Virus record (IMG/VR): IMGVR_UViG_3300025508_000006
Coordinates: 52,031 to 116,030 of that record
Reading direction: 5' to 3' (one strand)
Origin: a virus
DNA length: 64,000 nt
Shown: positions 10,101 through 18,905 of the stretch, piece by piece
Position numbering within the stretch: position 1 is the first letter of the stretch
Layout: the number at the start of each line of letters is the position of its first letter
The notes under the pieces: generated by a model
What the model was told of the DNA's origin: nothing
What the model saw: the letters and a program-made list of their open reading frames with translations, nothing else
Databases searched by the model: none
Position numbers and translations under genes: made by a program

Positions 10101-13100
10101 TTCAGATTATACGAATGAGTTTGAAACCACATACATCGGTGACTATGGCGGTGAATATGTTTCTACTTACGCTGGTAATTATAGTGGCAACTATGTTTCA
10201 GACTATCTTAATGAGTTTGAAACCACATACGCAGGTGATTATGGTGGACAATATACTTCTACTTACGCTGGTAATTATAGTGGCAACTATGTTTCTGACT
10301 ATCTTAATGAGTTTGAAACACCATACGTAGGAAATTATAGCGGTGAATATGTTTCTACTTACGCTGGTAACTACCAAACACAATACGCCAATGACTATAC
10401 TAATGAGTTTGAAACAACTTATACTGGTGATTATCTAGGTAACTATGAAACTGATTATGCAGGCAATTATATTACTCAATACTCTGCCGAATATCAAGTA
10501 CCTTACACTGGTGTTTACACAGGCGATTACATCTCTGACTATATTGGTGATTACATCTCACCTTATGATGGCGCTCTGTACACTTCAGATTATATCTCTA
10601 CTTACGAAAGTGCATATGGTGGTCAATTTGAATCATCATACACTGGAGTATTTGACGGAACAACATACTCAGGAAACTATGCTAGTCAATACGTAGGCAA
10701 CTACATTGGCCTATACAACAAGAACTACGCGACAGCATATGAAGGCACTGATTACATATCCACATACGAAGAAACTTACACTGGAGATTATTCTGGACAA
10801 TATTCTTCTGCTTATGTAAGCGTTTATGATGCTCAAGCATATGCTACAGCATACGAAGAGAATTATATTGGAGATTATTCTGGTACATTCGGTGCTACGT
10901 TCTTAGGAACTTATGATAGTTCAAACTATACTTCAACATACGTAGAGACTTATGTTGGTGATTATCTTGGTAATTATGCTTCTGCTTATGTAAGCGTTTA
11001 TGATGCTCAAGCATATACTGCATCGTTTGACACAACCTATTCTGGTGAGTACTCGGGCGTATTTAACGCATCTTTTGCAGGCGAATATGATAGTACACAA
11101 TATACTTCATCATTTGAAACTACATATGTTGGTGATTATATTGGTCAATTTAGTCAGAACTTTGCTGCCAGTTTCGACGGAATACCTTATGTAGGATCAT
11201 TCGAGACAAACTATGTCGGCAACTATCTCGGACTGTTCACAGGTCAGTTCTCAGCATCATTTGCGGGTTCTGATTACATCTCAATATTTACTGCTCAGTA
11301 TACTTCGCAATATACTGGACAGTTTAGTGCTACTTTCAATGCTTCTTATGATGCTACAACATATGTAGGAGATTATGTATCTGGATACGCAACAGCATAT
11401 AGCGGTGCGTTTGGTGCAACCTTTATTGGCGAATATGATAGACAAGCATATGATACACAGTTTTCAGCAACTTATACCGGAAACTATATTGGTCTATTCT
11501 CTGCTACATTCTTAGGAACGTATGATAGAACAGGTTATGCTTCTAATTTTACTGCTGACTATACAGGTAATTATACTGGTGCCTTCGGTGCTACATTCTT
11601 AGGAACGTATGATCGTCTGCAATACACAAATGAATTTGAAAGTGCATATCTCGGCAACTATATCGGACTGTTCACACAAACGTATATTGGTTCTTATCAA
11701 AGAATCAACTATCTTACACAGTACGAAGGCATATACACAGGTGATTATAGTGGTGCCTTCAGTGCTACATTCTTAGGAACGTATGATCGTGCTGCCTATG
11801 CACGAGAGTATGACAGAGTTTATACAGGTAATTATACTGGCCAGTTCACAGCAAACTATGCCGCGACATATGATCGAATTGACTACACTTCTCAATACAC
11901 GGGCGGTTATACTGGCGGTCCCGCTGAAACTTTCGGTGCTACATTCTTAGGAACGTATGATCGTGCTGGATACGTATCACAGTATACGGGTCAATATGTC
12001 GGTCAAATTAGCGAAGTGTTTGGTGCTGATTACACAGGTAACTATGATAGTAGTAACTACACTTCGTCTTATACTGGACAATATGTAGGACAGATTGCTG
12101 AAAACGAGAATACCACCAATCAAGAATCTTTTGATAGTGGTCAATATGCCGCTCAGTACACAGGACAATATGTAGGACAGGTTGCTAAAAACGAGAATAC
12201 CACTAATGCTGAGTCGTATGATAGTTCAAACTACAACACACAATTTACTGGTAACTATACTGGCGGAGTTACTGAGAATATAACCCAGTCACAGAACGAA
12301 TCGTTCGCAAGAGATTCTTACGTCTCACAATATACTGGTCAGTATACTGGTGTAGTAGCACAAAACACTAACGAAACCTTTACACAAAACTTTAACGAAG
12401 CGGGATCCTATCAGGTTGGTTATGTAGGACAATATATTGGTCAAGTTTCACAGACTCAGCAAACTGGTGAGAGTGAAAACTTCCAAGTAAATTATACTGG
12501 TGATTATACTGGTCAATATATTGGAGTGATTTCACAGACCCAACAGACTGCTACAAATGAAGACTTCAACGTACAATATACTGGTGATTATACTGGTCAA
12601 TATACTGGTGCTGTACAGGAAGCAATATCTTCTACTTACACCGGTGGTTATACTGGTGTTTACAGTGGTAGTTATACTGGTGGTTATACTGGTGGGGTTT
12701 CTCAGACTCAACAGACTGGCATTGCTGAAGCAATAACACAGTCACAGAATCAGTCATTCGCCCGCAATTATGCTGGTAACATCTATGGGACTACTTCTCA
12801 GGTGTCTCTGGGATATACTTCTGACTCATATAATCTGGTGAGTAGTGTAGGTTATAACCCAATCAATCAAGGTGGTGCTTTTTACTCTGCCGGATCGATG
12901 TCTCCTACCTATTGGGGAGGAGGAGTCAATTCGACAGTCACTAAAGTATACAAAAAGAATAACTTTATATACGACGGCACCGGGCAAGATGAGATGCACC
13001 TGTTTTTCGGATCAACCTTCAGTGCATCACAGCAGGGTTCTTTCGGTTCTTTGTTTATATGGTATAGCGGGACTAGTACCACTGCGACTGCGGCAGACAG

Positions 13101-16100
13101 AGCGGGTCATCGATTCTATTCATCACAAGCAACATTGAGTCTCGGCACTAATCAAACGCATTACGCATGGTTACTGGGCAGTGTAGGTACCCAGTACCCT
13201 TTATGGACTTCCAATCTTAATGCTGAGGGTACACCGTGGAATGTTGCTTGGATTCCAAATACAACATCGTCTACTAATTATAATGCCGGTACGTACACAG
13301 GACAATACTCTGGTCAATATGTTGGTGTTTATGTTGGTGGATATACTGGAGTATATACTAGAGTACAACAAACTACTGTAATCGATAATGTCGCAGAAAC
13401 AATTCAACAGTCATACACTGGAACATACACTGGTGGATATGAACGATCACAGAATCAAACTTTCAGTGCGGTCTATGCAGGAACTTATACTGGTCAATAT
13501 ACTGGTGGTTATGTTGGAGCATACGAGAGAGCGCAGAATCAAACTTTCACTGCGGTTTATCAAGGAACTTATACTGGTATTTACACGGGTGGTTATGTTG
13601 GTCTATACGAGAGAGCGCAGAATCAAGAATTTGCTGTTGTATACACCGGTTCATACTTAGGCGACTACACTGGACAATACTCTGGTGGTTATGAACGTGC
13701 GCAGGACGAAACATTCGGTGCAACATATATCGGTGACTATATCGGTCAATACTCTGGACAATACTCTGGTGTATATACACGAGAACAGGCAACAAATTAT
13801 GCCTCTGATTATCTAGGAACATTTGTCGGTAACTATACTGGACAATACCTTGGATTATATGAACGTGCCCAGAATGAATCGTTCACCGTAAACTATCAAG
13901 GAACTTATACTGGTGGTTATACTGGACAATATGCGGGTCTATATGAACGTGCGCAGGACCAAGCATTCGCGGCAAACTATCTCGCAACTTTTGAAGGCGC
14001 ATTCGGAGCGCAGTACACAGGACTATATGAACGTGCGCAGGACCAAACATTTGCTGCCACATACACAGGAACATTTGAAGGTAACTATGTATCACAATAC
14101 ACTGGTTCTTATGAACGAGTGCAGGATCAGCAGTTCTCTGCTAACTATCTAGGAACGTTCAACGCGAGTTATGCTTCTCAGTACGAAGGCGCGTTCGCTT
14201 CCGACTATGCCACACAATATGCTTCACAGTACGTAGGAACATTTGAAGGTGACTATCTATCACAATACACCGGTGGATTCACTCAGAACTTTACAGGTCA
14301 GTTCGGTGTTAACTATGAAGGAACGTTTGACGGTAATTATGCGACACAGTACGAAGGTAATTTCTCACAATCTTTTACTGGTACTTATGCTACACAATAT
14401 ACAGGAACATTTGAAGGTAACTATGTATCAGAATACTCGGGTGCATTTGCCGCTCTTTATACAGGAGACTTTGCTGCCTCGTATCTAGCAACGTTTGATG
14501 GAAATTATGTTAGTCAATATGAAGGTAACTTTGCTGCCAACTTCGGGGCGCAGTTCAGTGAACAATATATTGGAACTTTCTCTGGTGACTATGTGTCAGA
14601 ATATATCGGCGCATTCAATGTTACATATCAAGGCAATTACACTTCTGATTACATTGATACATACACATCCGATTATGTTTCACAGTATGAGTCGCAGTTC
14701 TCCGCTGTATATGCTGGCAACTTCGAAGGTGCATATACAGATGATTATCTTGGCGAGTATGCTAGTCAATACGAAGGCAACTTTAGTGCAACATTCACTG
14801 GAACTTATAACGTAGATTACATCGACACATATACCTCTCAATACCTGTCTACTTACGAAGGTGCTTTTCAAGCACAGTTCATAGGAACATACGACTCACA
14901 GTATCTAGGAACTTTCATCGGTGATTATGGTTCAGCATATGAAAGCAACTTTACTGCTAACTTTGATGGAACATATGATTCAGCATATATCGACACTTAT
15001 GCGGGTGATTATATCTCGGCATACACAGGTGCTTTCCAAGCAAACTTTGAAGGAACCTACGACACACAGTATCTAGGAACATTTGAAGGCAACTATGTGT
15101 CACAGTACACTGGTGACTTTGCCGCAACATTCACTGGAACCTATGACGTTGATTATATTGATACATATGCTGGTGATTATATCTCGGCATACATAGGTAC
15201 TTTCCAAGCAAACTTTGTTGGAACATATGATGGTAACTTCACAGGAACTTATGCTACAGGTTACAACACTGACTATGAAGGAGCGTTCTTAGTTGACTAT
15301 CTTGGTGATTACATATCTGATTATGTTCCTACATATGAAGGTCAATATGCTACTCAATATGAAGGTGATTATGCATCGCAGTACTTAGGTAATTATAACT
15401 CTGCTTACACATCCACTTATGACGGTAACTTCACTCAGACATATGCGGGTAACTTTACTGATGTATATGTTTCTGACACATATATCGGCGATTACATAAA
15501 TCAGTACACGCAAGATTATGTATCTGGATATGCGACACAGTACGAAGGAGCATTCCAACAGAACTATATCGGAACTTATGACACTCAGTACGAATCACAA
15601 TACACTCAAGATTATGTTTCTGACTACGATTCTGGTTATGTCGGTGACGATTTAGAGCAATATGATGGCACTTACGGAACTGCATATGCGGGCGACTTCA
15701 TACAGGACTTTATCACTGACTATGATTCTCAATACGAAGGAGACTTCCAACAGAACTATGTAGGCACTTACGGAACTGCATATTCTGGAGACTTCGTACA
15801 GGATTTTATCACTGACTATGATTCAGGTTACGAAGGAGACTTCCAACAGAACTATGCTGGCACTTACGGAACTGCATATGCGGGTGACTTCATACAGGAC
15901 TTTATCACGGACTACGATTCTAGTTACGAAGGAGATTTCCAACAGAACTATGTAGGCACTTATCAGACTGCCTATGCTGGAGACTTCACTGCGGACTATC
16001 TTACTCAGTACACAGCATCTTACGATGGCACTGTCTATGCTGGAACATACGACTCAAATTATATCAATCAGTATGAGTCAGACTTTACTGAACAATATAC

Positions 16101-17688
16101 TGGTGAGTACGACGACATTGATTATGCAGGTAATTATATCAGTGACTTCGAAACTGATTACACGGGTTTCTATACCTCAGATTACATAGGCGATTATCAG
16201 AGTAATTATCTAGCAACATACGCAGGATTCTACGAGACTGCATTCACTGCAACTTATGCAAGTGAATATACTTCTAACTACGATGATCAAGATTATGCTG
16301 GCAACTATGTTAGTCTTTACACTGGGGATTTCATTGGACAATATACTTCAACTTATGAGACTGCTTATGATGACATCAACTACGTAGGCAACTATATCAG
16401 TGACTATGTTGGTGACTATAGCGGTGATTATGTAACAGATTACGTAGGGGATTATCAGAGTGATTACCTAGCAACATACGCAGGATTCTATGAGACTGGA
16501 TACCTTACAACATATGGAAGTGAATATACTTCTAACTATGACGACATTGATTATGCTGGTAATTATATTAGTCTTTACATTGGCGACTTCATTGGACAAT
16601 ATACTTCAACTTATGAGACTGCTTATGACGACATTGATTATGGTGGTAATTATATTAGTGACTATGTTGGTGACTATAGTGGTGATTATGTAACAGACTA
16701 CATAGGCGATTATGAGAGTAATTATCTAGCAACGTATGCAGGATTCTATGAGACAGAATACCTTACAACATATGCAAGTGAATACACGTCCAACTATGAT
16801 GATCAAGATTATGCTGGCAACTATGTTAGTCTTTACATTGGTGACTTCATTGGACAATATACTTCAACTTATGAAACCGCATATGATGACATCAACTATG
16901 TGGGTAATTATATTAGCGACTATGTTGGTGACTATAGCGGTGATTATGTAACAGATTACACTGGAGTTTACGAAGAGCAGAACTACCTCGGCAATTACGT
17001 ATCAACTTATGATGATATTGAATATGAAGGTAACTATGATTCAATCTACACTACAGATTATCTTGTTGACTTCGAGGGTAATTACTTAGGTGATTACAAC
17101 ACAATCTACGAAGGAACTTATGAGTCTTTATATTCAGGTGACTTCTTACAAGGATTTGATGGAGTCTATGAGGGTGGTTTCGATTCTACTTACGCAGGTG
17201 ATTACGGTACTACTTACGCAGGAGACTATGAGTCAAACTACACACTAACTTATGTTGGTGATTATCTTGGTGACTATACTCCATCGTACTCAACTCTATA
17301 TGCTGGCAACTACACAGGCACTTATGACGCTGATGCAGTAGATGAGTCTTACACTGTTGATTATATCGAACAAACTTATGATACGGACTACACAGTAGAC
17401 TATCAAGAGGATGTCTATCTGGGCAACTATATAGATACATTTGACGGCGCAGATGTTGAAGAGACTTACGTTTCCTCTTATGACGATGTTGATTATTCTA
17501 CTGACTATTCTTCTGACTACGATAATGTCGATGCAATAGAGAACTATCAAGATGCTGATTACACAGGAACATATACTCAAGACTATGCGATAGATTATCA
17601 AACATCTATATTATACGGTGTTGGTGGCAAGTTACTTGCTAATCCAGTACAAATTGAAACATACACATTATATGTAAGGGTAGCATAA
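7159..17688 (+). CDS. giant (3509 aa) Tyr/Asp/Gly/Thr-rich tetrapeptide-repeat protein, putative hairpin fibre
   Basis: Uninterrupted 10.5-kb ORF behind a late promoter in the tail module. [Y/F]xxx periodicity runs over about 2900 aa with a central non-repetitive domain. Confidence 0.8.
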   Translation: MSLPLKHLGTGALQELATLDIDYLAYQAGIHLGKMSNEDVSAISTNGSGATVVGSFTDTLYETTVGSTPGTTYTVNFTVEHRSNPGTGTHTAIFTAQNEMPSPLYVGDTVYVIVNGDAITGFEEIGHELAVSGDALFVTEGVNTTPTANSVDGTRVEWEDFQNVAGLSGSYQSAFEIKVTQVGLLNFTLTANSTDVDNTIKQTANTSIIFPTVEVEETLPPESIGVQTDLYQKTTASQPINTTSALKKNPIYWNRALTPNGVKEMNDAELDAFCEELVIRIMRDELPGTYRLSSNSPGANWVQFIPSVFEDTRADGTTVPYSIWIRQAGIKPTVIRPVYVARNVENGWAGLKEHTDAEVEFTFGERVKKAIETTGIGKYQLRSSTQGAPTDAGTWVARGSAIDTRLEYFYDTGYQALETYTSQYTEDYLGEYEATYAGNYEPTYTGEFTGDYLGTYDGDFIGNYTPTYDGDYLGDYSQNYLGDYNTEYTQNYLGDYVNQYTPTYDGADYISDYENTYDADAVIEQYASDYESVDYVGNYISDYNTDYISDYTNTYLSDYSGTEYVGNYISDYLGGFQTDYLGNYISNYIDDVYVGNYITDYTSDYISNYLGSYDGDYLGDYGASYEGAYDNSYEGDFQATYAGDFTADYLGTYLTDYDSQYEGQFSENYDGDYISDYLGTYSSGYESEYETGYITQYEGAYDESEYVGNFVASYDNSYEGDFQATYAGDYISDYLGTYLNDYDSQYEGQFADNYAGDYISDYLGTYASGYESDYSTDYLTQYEGAYDESVYVGNFVASYDNSYEGDFQATYAGDFTADYLGTYLNDYDSQYEGQFADNYDGDYISDYLGTYTSGYVSDYSTDYLTQYEGAYDEANYLGNFVADYVSDFEGAYTNLYAGDYISDYLGTYAGEYESAYATNFDGIYVGGFDTDYTATFDGEYENTYIGNYVSDYLNEFETTYTGDYGGEYTSTYAGNYSGNYISDYTNEFETTYIGDYGGEYVSTYAGNYSGNYVSDYLNEFETTYAGDYGGQYTSTYAGNYSGNYVSDYLNEFETPYVGNYSGEYVSTYAGNYQTQYANDYTNEFETTYTGDYLGNYETDYAGNYITQYSAEYQVPYTGVYTGDYISDYIGDYISPYDGALYTSDYISTYESAYGGQFESSYTGVFDGTTYSGNYASQYVGNYIGLYNKNYATAYEGTDYISTYEETYTGDYSGQYSSAYVSVYDAQAYATAYEENYIGDYSGTFGATFLGTYDSSNYTSTYVETYVGDYLGNYASAYVSVYDAQAYTASFDTTYSGEYSGVFNASFAGEYDSTQYTSSFETTYVGDYIGQFSQNFAASFDGIPYVGSFETNYVGNYLGLFTGQFSASFAGSDYISIFTAQYTSQYTGQFSATFNASYDATTYVGDYVSGYATAYSGAFGATFIGEYDRQAYDTQFSATYTGNYIGLFSATFLGTYDRTGYASNFTADYTGNYTGAFGATFLGTYDRLQYTNEFESAYLGNYIGLFTQTYIGSYQRINYLTQYEGIYTGDYSGAFSATFLGTYDRAAYAREYDRVYTGNYTGQFTANYAATYDRIDYTSQYTGGYTGGPAETFGATFLGTYDRAGYVSQYTGQYVGQISEVFGADYTGNYDSSNYTSSYTGQYVGQIAENENTTNQESFDSGQYAAQYTGQYVGQVAKNENTTNAESYDSSNYNTQFTGNYTGGVTENITQSQNESFARDSYVSQYTGQYTGVVAQNTNETFTQNFNEAGSYQVGYVGQYIGQVSQTQQTGESENFQVNYTGDYTGQYIGVISQTQQTATNEDFNVQYTGDYTGQYTGAVQEAISSTYTGGYTGVYSGSYTGGYTGGVSQTQQTGIAEAITQSQNQSFARNYAGNIYGTTSQVSLGYTSDSYNLVSSVGYNPINQGGAFYSAGSMSPTYWGGGVNSTVTKVYKKNNFIYDGTGQDEMHLFFGSTFSASQQGSFGSLFIWYSGTSTTATAADRAGHRFYSSQATLSLGTNQTHYAWLLGSVGTQYPLWTSNLNAEGTPWNVAWIPNTTSSTNYNAGTYTGQYSGQYVGVYVGGYTGVYTRVQQTTVIDNVAETIQQSYTGTYTGGYERSQNQTFSAVYAGTYTGQYTGGYVGAYERAQNQTFTAVYQGTYTGIYTGGYVGLYERAQNQEFAVVYTGSYLGDYTGQYSGGYERAQDETFGATYIGDYIGQYSGQYSGVYTREQATNYASDYLGTFVGNYTGQYLGLYERAQNESFTVNYQGTYTGGYTGQYAGLYERAQDQAFAANYLATFEGAFGAQYTGLYERAQDQTFAATYTGTFEGNYVSQYTGSYERVQDQQFSANYLGTFNASYASQYEGAFASDYATQYASQYVGTFEGDYLSQYTGGFTQNFTGQFGVNYEGTFDGNYATQYEGNFSQSFTGTYATQYTGTFEGNYVSEYSGAFAALYTGDFAASYLATFDGNYVSQYEGNFAANFGAQFSEQYIGTFSGDYVSEYIGAFNVTYQGNYTSDYIDTYTSDYVSQYESQFSAVYAGNFEGAYTDDYLGEYASQYEGNFSATFTGTYNVDYIDTYTSQYLSTYEGAFQAQFIGTYDSQYLGTFIGDYGSAYESNFTANFDGTYDSAYIDTYAGDYISAYTGAFQANFEGTYDTQYLGTFEGNYVSQYTGDFAATFTGTYDVDYIDTYAGDYISAYIGTFQANFVGTYDGNFTGTYATGYNTDYEGAFLVDYLGDYISDYVPTYEGQYATQYEGDYASQYLGNYNSAYTSTYDGNFTQTYAGNFTDVYVSDTYIGDYINQYTQDYVSGYATQYEGAFQQNYIGTYDTQYESQYTQDYVSDYDSGYVGDDLEQYDGTYGTAYAGDFIQDFITDYDSQYEGDFQQNYVGTYGTAYSGDFVQDFITDYDSGYEGDFQQNYAGTYGTAYAGDFIQDFITDYDSSYEGDFQQNYVGTYQTAYAGDFTADYLTQYTASYDGTVYAGTYDSNYINQYESDFTEQYTGEYDDIDYAGNYISDFETDYTGFYTSDYIGDYQSNYLATYAGFYETAFTATYASEYTSNYDDQDYAGNYVSLYTGDFIGQYTSTYETAYDDINYVGNYISDYVGDYSGDYVTDYVGDYQSDYLATYAGFYETGYLTTYGSEYTSNYDDIDYAGNYISLYIGDFIGQYTSTYETAYDDIDYGGNYISDYVGDYSGDYVTDYIGDYESNYLATYAGFYETEYLTTYASEYTSNYDDQDYAGNYVSLYIGDFIGQYTSTYETAYDDINYVGNYISDYVGDYSGDYVTDYTGVYEEQNYLGNYVSTYDDIEYEGNYDSIYTTDYLVDFEGNYLGDYNTIYEGTYESLYSGDFLQGFDGVYEGGFDSTYAGDYGTTYAGDYESNYTLTYVGDYLGDYTPSYSTLYAGNYTGTYDADAVDESYTVDYIEQTYDTDYTVDYQEDVYLGNYIDTFDGADVEETYVSSYDDVDYSTDYSSDYDNVDAIENYQDADYTGTYTQDYAIDYQTSILYGVGGKLLANPVQIETYTLYVRVA
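9046..9800 (+). repeat. 3 x 255-nt (85-aa) coding tandem repeat, N-arm
   Basis: GATAACTCATACGA recurs at 9046, 9301 and 9556. Confidence 0.9.
9990..10440 (+). repeat. about 4.5-5 x 96-nt (32-aa) coding tandem repeat, N-arm
   Basis: NEFET motif every 32 aa; GAGTTTGAAA at 10021, 10117 and onward. Confidence 0.85.
15500..15990 (+). repeat. about 5 x 96-nt (32-aa) coding tandem repeat, C-arm
   Basis: GTYGTAYAGDFIQDFITDY/EGDFQQNY units; CTTACGGAACTGCA at 15671, 15767 and onward. Confidence 0.85.
16110..16960 (+). repeat. 3 x 258-nt (86-aa) coding tandem repeat, C-arm
   Basis: TAGCAAC (YLATYAGFYET) recurs at 16211, 16469 and 16727. Confidence 0.9.
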
Positions 17689-18161
17689 TGACAGTGGAAT
17701 TTTTAGACAATGGATTTTGGGAAAACGAAGAAAAGACAATACTTAAATGTATTCGCTTAACTCCTATACCAGAAGGAGGTAGAAAGAAAGACGTTCTTGA
17801 ACTACGTAAGATATTGCCGGACGGTTCAGAATGTCCTCAGTTCAAGCAGTGTATCGCACAGCATGGTATAGCAAAGATTGATGCTAATACGCAAGTTCGA
17901 AAGGATACTAAAGAGAAAGAAGATCGAGAGAAACGTGCTATACACGAGCAACGTAAAAAATCTCACGAACTTGAACAACTCTTTAATGCCAAACTACAAG
18001 CATTCGAAATTGATGAGATCAAGAACTCAACAAATCGCGAGTTGCGTTCTAAACTACGTAGGGCGAAGAATGTTATTGAAATGAATGCATTGGCAGCATT
18101 AGTGATTGGAAGTGAACTTGGTTATTTTAAAAAGGTAGATGAAGATGAGCGAACCGACTAA
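17688..18161 (+). CDS. hypothetical Lys/Arg/Glu-rich helical protein, possible fibre chaperone
   Basis: TAATG stop/start overlap with the giant ORF; charged helical composition. Function is inferred only. Confidence 0.6.
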   Translation: MTVEFLDNGFWENEEKTILKCIRLTPIPEGGRKKDVLELRKILPDGSECPQFKQCIAQHGIAKIDANTQVRKDTKEKEDREKRAIHEQRKKSHELEQLFNAKLQAFEIDEIKNSTNRELRSKLRRAKNVIEMNALAALVIGSELGYFKKVDEDERTD

Positions 18162-18903
18162 AGGTTATGTTATTGTAGCATCACGAAAGAAGTTTTTTTA
18201 TGTCTCTGCCATTAATTTGATGGAGTCAATCAAAGATTATTATCCTGAAGCACAGATTACATTTGTAGTAGAAGAAAAGTTTCTTGACGGACAAGAAAGA
18301 ATTGCAGACAATGTTATATTCTGCGACGATCATGCTAGAGCAAAACTGATTGGTATGGCAAAGTCTCCGTATGATATAACGTTTTATGTCGATGCTGATA
18401 TAGAATGTGAACATGAAGACATTGCAACTATCTTTGATAAACTTGATGGACACGATTTGATGTTTACTGGTTTACCTGCTGATAGGCATTATTGCTATGC
18501 CGAGGTGTTCTTCGAGGGTGCAAGAAAACCAGACGGCACTAAAGCAGGATTTGAATTGTGTGGTGGTGTTTGTCTATATGATATGCGTAAACCCTTAGTT
18601 CGTTCATTCATGCAAGATTGGTATGACTTGACTGTTGCTCAGTACGGTAAAGTTTGGTGGCCAACATTAGAAGATGGAGTGACCGAAGATTTAGAAAATT
18701 ATCCTGCAACTCTGAAGAGATGGGATCAATTCTCACTGTGGTGGTTAGTCAATAAAGAACCTAAGTACAAAGATTTGAAAGTCGGTATACTAGAAGACGA
18801 TGCTCGGTGGAACTTTTATTCCAAATATAAATATGATCACAACAAGGATCCTGTCGTATTGAGACACTATTCTTCTTCTGGAGCAAAGCAACTGGATTTT
18901 TAA
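18139..18903 (+). CDS. GT-A fold glycosyltransferase-like protein
   Basis: KGYVIVAS N-terminal strand, SPYDITFYVDAD (DxD motif), GGVCLY, WDQFSLW, WNF and a C-terminal His. This layout is typical of GT8-like nucleotide-diphospho-sugar transferases. Confidence 0.7.
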   Translation: MKMSEPTKGYVIVASRKKFFYVSAINLMESIKDYYPEAQITFVVEEKFLDGQERIADNVIFCDDHARAKLIGMAKSPYDITFYVDADIECEHEDIATIFDKLDGHDLMFTGLPADRHYCYAEVFFEGARKPDGTKAGFELCGGVCLYDMRKPLVRSFMQDWYDLTVAQYGKVWWPTLEDGVTEDLENYPATLKRWDQFSLWWLVNKEPKYKDLKVGILEDDARWNFYSKYKYDHNKDPVVLRHYSSSGAKQLDF

Positions 18904-18905
18904 AT

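Noticed and set aside
12781-13278. Diversity-generating retroelement target
   Set aside because: No reverse transcriptase and no second template copy of this region was seen in the window.
8669-17601. Many alternative-frame and minus-strand ORFs overlapping the giant gene
   Set aside because: These are shadows of the repetitive codon pattern (M/I/T/L-rich) with no ribosome-binding sites or independent motifs.
8377-17655. CRISPR array or non-coding repeat array
   Set aside because: The repeats are in-frame, degenerate at third codon positions, lack a repeat-spacer structure, and there are no cas genes.
8377-17655. Ice-nucleation protein (InaZ-like) or RTX repeats
   Set aside because: There is no AGYGSTxT octapeptide, regular TxT ladder or GGxGxD nonapeptide. 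The period is 4 with a Y/F anchor and mirror symmetry.
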